17,708 nucleotides of DNA. Origin: an uncultured Bacteriovoracaceae bacterium. Its GTDB lineage: Bacteria; Bdellovibrionota; Bacteriovoracia; Bacteriovoracales; Bacteriovoracaceae. Every line of letters begins with the position of its first letter. The first letter of the stretch is position 1. The notes under the pieces are model-generated. The model worked only from the letters and a program-made list of their open reading frames with translations. It did not search any database and was not told the DNA's origin. The translations under genes and the position numbers were made by a program. Of this stretch, positions 8,355 to 15,265 are shown one piece after another. Location: the NCBI GenBank assembly GCA_964012805.1, contig CAXGUD010000066.1, positions 1 to 17,708 on the forward strand, in the 5' to 3' direction.

Positions 8355-8708
8355 TTAATAACGAGGAACCTTTTCATCAATTTGTAAGGACCAAGCATCA
8401 ATCCCGCCCTCAAGATTAAGTAAGTTATTAAAGCCTTTCTCTTGTAAAAACATACAAGCATGAAAACTTCGAACTCCATGGTGGCAATAGACAATGATGG
8501 CTTTATCCTCCTTTCCCTCTAATTCAAGATAACGTTTCTCTATCTCCTGAAGGGGAAGAAGCTTTCCTCCTATATCTGAATATTTTTTTTCTTCACTAGT
8601 TCTTACATCCAATAGATAAAAATCTTTTCCTTCCTCTTTTTCTTTCTGGAGTTTTTTTAGTTGGTGAACATTTAAACTTTTAATATTACCGTAATCCTGA
8701 TTGTTCAT
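8355..8708 (-). CDS. Single-domain rhodanese (sulfurtransferase) protein
   Basis: LLDVRT.EE, active-site loop YCHHGVRS, C-terminal NLEGGIDAW..D..VPRY. AAGGA SD upstream. Confidence 0.92.
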   Translation of the reverse strand: MNNQDYGNIKSLNVHQLKKLQKEKEEGKDFYLLDVRTSEEKKYSDIGGKLLPLQEIEKRYLELEGKEDKAIIVYCHHGVRSFHACMFLQEKGFNNLLNLEGGIDAWSLQIDEKVPRY

Positions 8709-8810
8709 AGTCTTGATTATTCCTTAATGGGTTGTTAAAAAGGTCTTTTTTTCTTCCTTATCAAAAAAGGAAAGAAAACCCTAATAAAAAAACTTTAAAA
8801 GATATCAAAA

Positions 8811-9836
8811 ATGGTAATATGCAAACCTTTAAAAATTAGAAATATTCTAACCTTCCTCTTATTTTACCTTATTTCCACCCCATTATGGTGTCACAAAAAG
8901 ATAAGCACAGAAAATTGGATGAAAAACCTTTACCACAAGCTCCCTGAAACAAGACTTAGAGACATCCTTATTCCTGGAACTAATAATTCAGATTCCTACA
9001 AAATTACCAACTCCTCCCCCCTCGCTCCAAAAACAAATAAGTTTTTCCTCCTTAAAAAAGGAGCGGTCTCAAATTGGACAAGAACACAAAACTTAACAAT
9101 TCTAGAGCAACTTAAAAAAGGCATCCGATACGTTGAGTTGAATCTAATGAAATACAAAGGTGAATTTTTTTCGGTCAATGGCCTCATCAGTGTTAATTTA
9201 AACGTTGTTTTGAAGGAGCTTCACATGTGGGCGGCAAAACACCCCTATGAAATCGTCCTTATTAATGCCAATTTAAACCTTCAAACCTTAAGCGAGGCCA
9301 AAGGTTTACACCGGGCCATTTCAAAGCATATAGGCCAATTTTTGGCCTTTCCTCTTCTTCCTCCTGGCCTACTAACTTTTAAAGATCTATGGACTAAAGA
9401 AAAGGGGAGACCACTTATTTTTTTGGCCCCACCATCTTTTAAAAAAATTTCTCCCCGATACTGGAACAAAAAGAAAGTCATTCAGCTTAATAAGACAAAC
9501 AGCCGAAATAAAAAGGACCTTTTAGAACAAACGCTCTATGGTGGGTCTGGACTGTTCAATCAGGGTTGGTCCAAATTTTATATTAGTGAGCTAATTTTTA
9601 AACCTAATGCCAAAACAATTATCAAAAGCTTCTTTGAAAACGGAGCCCCTAAAAGCCTTTTTCAATTGTCCAAGCCTCTAAATAATGTACCTGGGAAATC
9701 AATAAGTTATTGGCTAGAAAAAGATTTATCAGTCAATATTATTAAAATGAACTTTTTTGAAAAAACAAACCTAATTGCCACTTGCCTTGAAGCGAATAAA
9801 AAGTCTCTTATTGAAGGGGGTAAGAACTGGCATTAA
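8811..9836 (+). CDS. Secreted PI-PLC X-domain (phosphatidylinositol phospholipase C-like) protein, probably catalytically inactive
   Basis: NWM..L.....LRDILIPGT(N)NS, WTRTQ.LTI.EQL..GIRY, HPYEIVLI are PLCXD/PI-PLC signatures. The catalytic His positions are Asn. N-terminal signal-like stretch. Confidence 0.8.
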   Translation: MVICKPLKIRNILTFLLFYLISTPLWCHKKISTENWMKNLYHKLPETRLRDILIPGTNNSDSYKITNSSPLAPKTNKFFLLKKGAVSNWTRTQNLTILEQLKKGIRYVELNLMKYKGEFFSVNGLISVNLNVVLKELHMWAAKHPYEIVLINANLNLQTLSEAKGLHRAISKHIGQFLAFPLLPPGLLTFKDLWTKEKGRPLIFLAPPSFKKISPRYWNKKKVIQLNKTNSRNKKDLLEQTLYGGSGLFNQGWSKFYISELIFKPNAKTIIKSFFENGAPKSLFQLSKPLNNVPGKSISYWLEKDLSVNIIKMNFFEKTNLIATCLEANKKSLIEGGKNWH

Positions 9837-9863
9837 AATCACCTATAATGCCAGTTCTTTTTT
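9822..9863 (+). terminator. Rho-independent terminator overlapping the PLC-X stop codon
   Basis: Perfect 14-bp inverted repeat AAGAACTGGCATTA (9822-9835) / TAATGCCAGTTCTT (9846-9859), 10-nt loop, ending in a T run. Confidence 0.8.
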
Positions 9864-10002
9864 ACAGGGGAAGTGTTTAAAAACCTATAAGCCCTCCAAA
9901 TAAGGCTTCTTATAAACTCCTATTAGAAATCTTAATTACCTATTTTTCTTAAATGAAGCGATAACTTTCTCAATTACAAAGTAATATTTAAGAGGAATAC
10001 CT

Positions 10003-11208
10003 ATGTTTGAGTCCATCGAATTACCTAAGCTTAATGATCATATTAAAAGCCTTCATCATTTTTTCGAAGATAATATGGAGAGCTTTCTTGGTTACCCATG
10101 CAATGGAAAATTCGATTACCGCCCTCTCTATCAATTTCTAGATTACCCTCTTAATAATGTTGGCGACCCTTTCGTCTCCTCAAACTTTACTTTGAACACT
10201 CATGCCGTTGAAAGAGAAGTTATAAATATTTTTCAAAACTTAACTGGTGCCGACCCCAAAGACACCTGGGGTTACTGTACAAATGGTGGGACTGAAGGAA
10301 ATATGTACGGACTCTTTCTTGCAAGAGAAATTTACCCAAAAGGGATTGTCTACTTTTCTGAAGAAACTCATTACTCAGTTAATAAAATAATTAAATGCCT
10401 CAATATCGATTGTGTTCAAGTTAAAGCGACTTCAAAAGGAGAAATGGATATAAACCATCTTAATAACCTCCTTATAGAAAATAAAGGTAGACCTGCTATT
10501 ATGGTTTGTAATGTTGGTACGACTATGACTGGCGCTATTGATGACCTGGATGAAATCAAAAAATCTCTTAAAAGAAATGGTATTAATCAATTCTACATTC
10601 ATGCTGATGCTGCTCTCTCGGGAATGATCCTCCCTTTCGTCAAGAATCCTCAGGCCTGGTCATTCCGTTCTGGAGTTGACAGTATCTCTGTCAGTGGTCA
10701 CAAGATGATAGGTTCGCCAATACCTTGTGGAATTGTTCTTGCTAAAAGCAAAAATATTGGACACATTTCTCAAGATGTTGAATACGTTGGCAGTAAAGAT
10801 ACAACGATTCCTGGGTCTAGAAATGCCATTAGTCCTGTTTTCTTATGGTACCAATTAAAAAAGCTTGGATTCAAAGGTTTTCAAAGCATGATTAAAGACT
10901 GCTTTGACGTTTCTGATTTCGCAATAAAAATGTTTAAGGCCTATGGATTCGAAGCCTGGAGGCATAATAATTCTGTCACTGTTGTATTTAAAAGACCAAG
11001 TCATGCTCTTATTAAAAAATGGCAGCTGGCCGTTAAAGGTGAAACAGCTCACATTATTACCATGCCTCATGTAACAAAAAAGAAGATCGTCCAATTTGTA
11101 AAAGAGATTGCCGAAGACAAAGAAAGACAAAAGGCAAAAAAGCCTGCTAAAAAAAATCATTTACGGGCCTTAAAGTCAGTTTCTTCTAAACAGGTTTCGT
11201 CACTTTAA
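10003..11208 (+). CDS. hdcA: PLP-dependent group II decarboxylase of the histidine decarboxylase / serine decarboxylase family
   Basis: GYP...FDY, LNNVGDP, WGYCTNGGTEGNMYG, THYSV, GTTMTGAIDD, IHADAALSG, PLP-lysine motif SGHKMIGSPIPCG, GSRN. AGAGGA SD. The substrate cannot be proven from sequence. Confidence 0.85.
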   Translation: MFESIELPKLNDHIKSLHHFFEDNMESFLGYPCNGKFDYRPLYQFLDYPLNNVGDPFVSSNFTLNTHAVEREVINIFQNLTGADPKDTWGYCTNGGTEGNMYGLFLAREIYPKGIVYFSEETHYSVNKIIKCLNIDCVQVKATSKGEMDINHLNNLLIENKGRPAIMVCNVGTTMTGAIDDLDEIKKSLKRNGINQFYIHADAALSGMILPFVKNPQAWSFRSGVDSISVSGHKMIGSPIPCGIVLAKSKNIGHISQDVEYVGSKDTTIPGSRNAISPVFLWYQLKKLGFKGFQSMIKDCFDVSDFAIKMFKAYGFEAWRHNNSVTVVFKRPSHALIKKWQLAVKGETAHIITMPHVTKKKIVQFVKEIAEDKERQKAKKPAKKNHLRALKSVSSKQVSSL

Positions 11209-12190
11209 GGTTTTTATCAGCTAAACTTTCAACTGCCAAAGTTTTTGAACCTACGGTCGAATGCCCTTTTCCAGCATTTATAGGTCTATATTTAGACTTC
11301 GGGGTTCTCTTTAAATCCCAGGCGAGCCCTATTTTAGACCATCCATAAATGACCCATTTGGAAATATCAGCGTGGTGTAGAGATGTTCCACAACGATAAT
11401 CATTTGGAAAAGTATGATGAAAGTTATGATAGCCCTCTCCAAAAGTTAAGATAGCACAATAAAAACTATCCTTAGCTGTATGCTCCTCTGAGTGAGGCGT
11501 ATCTCCGAACATATGAGCAATCGAATTTATACAAAAAGTCACTTGATGAACAAGGACAATTCTTAGGAAACCACCAATCAACAGGTAACCCCAAAAATCT
11601 TTAAAAAGAAGGCCTAGGACGGCAACGATAAAAAAGTTGGAAAGAAGTCCGAGTTTATGTCCATAGAGGTGCTGCTTTAAAACCCGAGGATTCTTAATAA
11701 GATCCTGGCAATTAGGAAACTCCATTCTCAAAACATCCACGGAAACATCATTATTTTTGACATAACGGTTTTCCCTTGGAGTATAGAAAATCCATACGAT
11801 ATGAGACCACCAAAACCCAAGTTTAGCATTGTAAGGGTCTTTGTCTGTATCTGTGTAGGAGTGGTGAGTTCTATGGTCTGAAGACCACTTAAGACAAGAG
11901 TTTTGAAGACTCAAAGCTCCAAAAAAGAGGAGGGCCCTTTCAATCCACGGATTGGCCTTAAAGGCCCTGTGGGCGAACAGACGGTGATAACCTATTGTGA
12001 TTGACATTCCCGTAAGAAAATAAAGAATTGTTAAAGTAATCCAAGGTCCCCAGGAAAAATCATTATAATAAAAATAAAAAGGCAAACCAATGAGAGGGAC
12101 AACCTTAAAGGTAAGTAAGTAAAGAAACACTGTCCTATCAAACTTTAAGTTTTGTTTTTTGATATGTTCTCTTACTTTATCGTTCAACAT
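11186..12190 (-). CDS. Acyl-CoA Delta-9-type fatty acid desaturase (desaturase 2, OLE1-like motifs)
   Basis: ITIGYHRLFAH, WSSDHRTHHSYTDTDKDPY, GFWWSH, TFCINSIAH, TFGEGYHNFHHTFPNDYR. AGAGGA SD before ATG 12190. Confidence 0.95.
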   Translation of the reverse strand: MLNDKVREHIKKQNLKFDRTVFLYLLTFKVVPLIGLPFYFYYNDFSWGPWITLTILYFLTGMSITIGYHRLFAHRAFKANPWIERALLFFGALSLQNSCLKWSSDHRTHHSYTDTDKDPYNAKLGFWWSHIVWIFYTPRENRYVKNNDVSVDVLRMEFPNCQDLIKNPRVLKQHLYGHKLGLLSNFFIVAVLGLLFKDFWGYLLIGGFLRIVLVHQVTFCINSIAHMFGDTPHSEEHTAKDSFYCAILTFGEGYHNFHHTFPNDYRCGTSLHHADISKWVIYGWSKIGLAWDLKRTPKSKYRPINAGKGHSTVGSKTLAVESLADKNLKVTKPV

Positions 12191-12194
12191 AACG

Positions 12195-12272
12195 TCCTCT
12201 TTTCTTCCATGTTTAATTTCTTCAAAACAGCTTCCAAGATATAAAAAGAAAACTTCCGTAACTAGCTTCCTA
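12195..12272 (-). promoter_or_regulatory. 5' leader with four GGAAG motifs plus GGA in the SD (putative CsrA/RsmA-binding leader)
   Basis: The + strand has CTTCC at 12204, 12231, 12253 and 12266. The mRNA reads UAGGAAG, ACGGAAG, UUGGAAG, AUGGAAG, then AGAGGA-cguu-AUG. Confidence 0.5.
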
Positions 12273-12336
12273 TTTTATAGCCTATCGGTGTATTTAAGAA
12301 AAAAAATGGGGTCTAGACAACGCAGGAAAGGGGGTA

Positions 12337-12353
12337 TTTACAATTCTTTTACA
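12337..12353 (-). promoter_or_regulatory. Direct-repeat operator candidate TGTAAA-N5-TGTAAA upstream of desaturase 2
   Basis: Minus strand reads TGTAAAAGAATTGTAAA; 16 bp are identical to 5935-5950. It lies just downstream of the OmpR-family regulator gene. Confidence 0.65.
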
Positions 12354-12429
12354 AAAGAGCTTTTAGTTCTAATTAGTGTTAACCTTATGAGGTCATATGA
12401 AGCAAAAGTTACACAGTGTTTAATAATTT

Positions 12430-13200
12430 TTAGGGGTAAAACATATAACCTTTACCTCTTACACTCTTAAAGTACCGGGGTTTTTTATTATCCTCTTCAA
12501 AATATTTTCTAAGACGCACAATAAAATTATCGACAGTTCTCGTTTCCATTTGCCCTGTATAACCCCAACCAGCGTTGAGTAAATCCTCTCTTGAAAGGGC
12601 CTTTTGAGGGTTCATGAAAAATAATTTTAGAAGCTTTATTTCCTGCTCAGTCAATTGGAATGTTTTAGTTGGAGTTACGGCCAGGTGCTCTTTAAAGTTA
12701 ATAACATGGGGACCAAAACGATAACTATCTCCTAAGTTATCTTCAACCTCACCATCTTCACCCTTATTCCAAGAGGACCTTAAAAGAAGTCTTTGAACCC
12801 TTGCTAAAAATTCATCTAGCTCAAAAGGTTTTGTTAAATAGTCATCAACTCCTTCTTTAAAACCTCTTAACTTATCAGCAGCTTGGTTTCTCGCAGACAA
12901 AATAAGGATAGGTATTTTTTGATTTACTTTTCTTATCTGCTCCAAAACACCGAAACCATCGAGAAGAGGAAGCATTAGATCTAAAATGAGAAGGTCAGGC
13001 TTATAGTTCTTCCAAAAGTCCAAAGCTTCCACACCATTGACAGCAATTTTAACCTCAAACCCTTCTTTCTTTAAGTTAAAAGCCACCCCTTCTGCGATAT
13101 GACTTTCGTCTTCTACAATGAGTATTTTCTTTCCTTGTAGGTTTTGCTCTTTTACCATAATACTTTCCCCACTTTCCTTCCTGGTCTTTCTTTTACTCAC
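12430..13200 (-). CDS. OmpR/PhoB-family response regulator (receiver + winged helix)
   Basis: ILIVEDE, LLILDLMLPLLDG, ILILSAR, DDYLTKPF, LTEQE..LL, SREDLL..WG, RTVDNFIVRLRK, SVRGKGY. The start is either GTG 13200 (GTGA overlap with the kinase stop) or ATG 13158. Confidence 0.95.
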   Translation of the reverse strand: MSKRKTRKESGESIMVKEQNLQGKKILIVEDESHIAEGVAFNLKKEGFEVKIAVNGVEALDFWKNYKPDLLILDLMLPLLDGFGVLEQIRKVNQKIPILILSARNQAADKLRGFKEGVDDYLTKPFELDEFLARVQRLLLRSSWNKGEDGEVEDNLGDSYRFGPHVINFKEHLAVTPTKTFQLTEQEIKLLKLFFMNPQKALSREDLLNAGWGYTGQMETRTVDNFIVRLRKYFEEDNKKPRYFKSVRGKGYMFYP

Positions 13201-14162
13201 ATTCTTTTTGAAGGAAAAGGAAGAGAAAGAGTAAAAGTACTGCCCTCTCCCTTACCTGAACTTTCAGCTTTTATTTTACCGTCATGGATTTTGGTAATTT
13301 GTTGGACAAGATAAAGACCTAAGCCTGTACCTTTAGCTGTACAATTTTCGGCTTTTCCTAACTGATAAAACTTTTTGAAAATAACTTTTCGGTAACGGTC
13401 TTTAAAACCTATACCATTATCATTAAAAGAAATAAAAACAGACTTCTTTTCTAACCACATTTTTATTTTTAACTTCTTTTCTTTTTCATCATTATACCTA
13501 AAAGCATTGCTAATAAGGTTCATCAAAAGCATTTCAAAAAGTTGAGAATCAATAGGATAATAAATCTCATTTTCTCTATCACCAGACTCAAATGTGATAG
13601 AACCCTCTGTAAAAATATGATGATTATGATCAACAAAAGTTTTTATAAATTGTTTAAGACCCAAAACATCTTTTTTGTAATTTCTATCTTTAGCTTCAAG
13701 ATTTCCAACCTGAAGAATTTGATTGACATAGTTATCCAATCGACGGCTATCTTTAAGCATGTAATCGATAAACTTTTCCCGCTCCTCTTTGGTAACATCG
13801 TACCGTTGAAAAGTCTCTAAATAGAGGCGAATAGAAGCAAGGGGGGTCTTTAACTCATGAGTAAAGTTATTGATAAAATTTTCCTGCAATCTGTATAGCT
13901 GAATTGTCTTTTGGTAATAAGTGAAAATTACAATGAGACCCCCAATAATACCTACAAGCAAGATAGCTGTCGCAATAATCATAAAAAGAGAATAGGGGTC
14001 CGCTACAAGCTTTTGATCAACACCAAACTTAAGCGCTAGGTCATCAATATTCCCTATAATCTTGATATACCACCGAAGGTAAAGAACATAAGAGAGACAA
14101 ACGGCGATAATAGAGCCTACAAAAATCGTAATAGGATGAAAAATAAAAAGAGGTTTTTTCAT
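13197..14162 (-). CDS. Sensor histidine kinase (HisKA + HATPase_c) with two TM helices and a very short outside loop
   Basis: H-box FTHELKTPL, N-box NLISNAFRY, DNGIG, IFKKFYQ, GTGLGL, GEGSTF. Only 321 aa, with no HAMP/PAS/periplasmic domain. Confidence 0.93.
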   Translation of the reverse strand: MKKPLFIFHPITIFVGSIIAVCLSYVLYLRWYIKIIGNIDDLALKFGVDQKLVADPYSLFMIIATAILLVGIIGGLIVIFTYYQKTIQLYRLQENFINNFTHELKTPLASIRLYLETFQRYDVTKEEREKFIDYMLKDSRRLDNYVNQILQVGNLEAKDRNYKKDVLGLKQFIKTFVDHNHHIFTEGSITFESGDRENEIYYPIDSQLFEMLLMNLISNAFRYNDEKEKKLKIKMWLEKKSVFISFNDNGIGFKDRYRKVIFKKFYQLGKAENCTAKGTGLGLYLVQQITKIHDGKIKAESSGKGEGSTFTLSLPFPSKRM

Positions 14163-14172
14163 GAGTCATTCC

Positions 14173-14982
14173 TTATAAAAGGCCTTCTTCCTTTAAAACC
14201 TTTTTTATATAAGAAGCCGCCAGCTCTGGCTGGTGGTGGGAAAGACGCTTGGGTTTAGTGATAACCACTTTATTGCCCTGGGATTCCAGCCTCTCCTTCA
14301 TTCTCTGAGGCCCATCTTTCGGAACCACGATATCATCTTCCCCTACGATGAGATGGATTTTTTGATTTTCTAACTCTATCAAATCTTTCTGATTTTTAAT
14401 CCAAGGGAAAACAATGTCGGGCGCCAGGGCCTTACTTACTAACTGTCCCCTTAAGTTAATTGTACTTTTAAAAAAGGATGATTGAAAGACATGCTCACCT
14501 TTTTGGAGACCCATTCCTAAACCCACACCAATGAGTGTTTTATTGGTAATTCCCTGAAAAAGGGGTAGTTTCGACGCCAAAAGGGCCAACAACCCACCTA
14601 ATGAGTGACCTCCTAGGACCAATTTCAAGGAGGTTGGATCTAAGTAGTGCTCATAAAGGGGATAAAGCTCTTTAAACTCCTGGAATAAAGCCTTATAAGC
14701 TTCCTCAAAGAGCAGGGGAGAAAAGCTTGAAAACTCCTCAAAAGACTCCACTTCATTATAACTTCCCATATAATGACCCGGGATATCAAAAATCAAAGTG
14801 GGTAGCCCTTCCTCTGACAATCTAGAGGCCCAAGTTAAAAGGTCTCCTTTGTGGGCCGTATACCCATGACAGAAGATGGCCAAACCTTGCTTAATGGGAT
14901 TTGCTGGGTCGGGAAGGAATAGAAGAGCATTAGTTCTCCAAGACTTGCATTCTAAAATTTTTCTCTTTAATGACACACCCAT
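14173..14982 (-). CDS. Alpha/beta-hydrolase (esterase/lipase-like), first gene of the two-component operon
   Basis: Oxyanion region HGYTAH, FDIPGH, nucleophile elbow GHSLG, acid GEDD, His in LSHH. 10-bp gap to the kinase with an AAGGA SD. Confidence 0.85.
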   Translation of the reverse strand: MGVSLKRKILECKSWRTNALLFLPDPANPIKQGLAIFCHGYTAHKGDLLTWASRLSEEGLPTLIFDIPGHYMGSYNEVESFEEFSSFSPLLFEEAYKALFQEFKELYPLYEHYLDPTSLKLVLGGHSLGGLLALLASKLPLFQGITNKTLIGVGLGMGLQKGEHVFQSSFFKSTINLRGQLVSKALAPDIVFPWIKNQKDLIELENQKIHLIVGEDDIVVPKDGPQRMKERLESQGNKVVITKPKRLSHHQPELAASYIKKVLKEEGLL

Positions 14983-15026
14983 AAAATCAAGCTTACTAAA
15001 ATTAAAAAAAAATTAATAGATTTAAT

Positions 15027-15055
15027 TTGACGATCTCAAGATAAACAACTAGTTT
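15027..15055 (+). promoter_or_regulatory. Sigma-70 promoter for tRNA-Phe
   Basis: TTGACG (15027-15032), 17-bp spacer, TAGTTT (15050-15055), preceded by an A/T tract resembling an UP element, 22 nt before the tRNA. Confidence 0.7.
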
Positions 15056-15077
15056 GTTCCTCACGAAAGAATAGGAT

Positions 15078-15153
15078 GCCCTCTTAGCTCAGTTGGTAGA
15101 GCAAGGGACTGAAAATCCCTGTGTCCGTGGTTCGAATCCGCGAGAGGGCACCA
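15078..15153 (+). tRNA. trnF: tRNA-Phe (GAA)
   Basis: 76 nt; acceptor stem GCCCTCT/AGAGGGC; D-arm GCTC-AGTTGGTA-GAGC; anticodon arm AGGGA-CTGAAAA-TCCCT (GAA at 15111-15113); T-loop TTCGAAT; encoded CCA. Confidence 0.98.
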
Positions 15154-15265
15154 TCTTTTATCTCCTACCTCCATCTAAATATTTGAAGTTATCCGCCCCC
15201 ATATTAATGCTTAATGTAAAAACAATTGAGAAGAGGGACACTTTTTTTAAAGGTTGTTCGGCGAA

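Noticed and set aside
12184..12210. 8-codon uORF (MEEKRTLC) overlapping the desaturase 2 start
   Set aside because: No convincing SD; the AUG is better explained as part of an AUGGAAG motif. It cannot be supported without ribosome profiling.
8996..13820. ORFs 8996-9187, 9281-9481, 10855-11160, 12159-12470, 13542-13820
   Set aside because: Four are antisense shadows. 12159-12470 spans the regulatory intergenic region, overlaps both flanking genes and lacks a convincing start or motif.
15215..15232. Further partial copies of the desaturase box (TGTAAAAACAATTGAGA here; GTAAAAAAGAATT on the minus strand at ~8118-8130)
   Set aside because: Only one half-site with wrong spacing; expected by chance in AT-rich DNA.
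15078..15250. tRNA-Phe as an island integration site (GAGAAGAGGGACAC at ~15228-15241 loosely resembles the tRNA 3' end)
   Set aside because: The match is short and gapped; there is no integrase or mobile gene and no true att duplication in the window.
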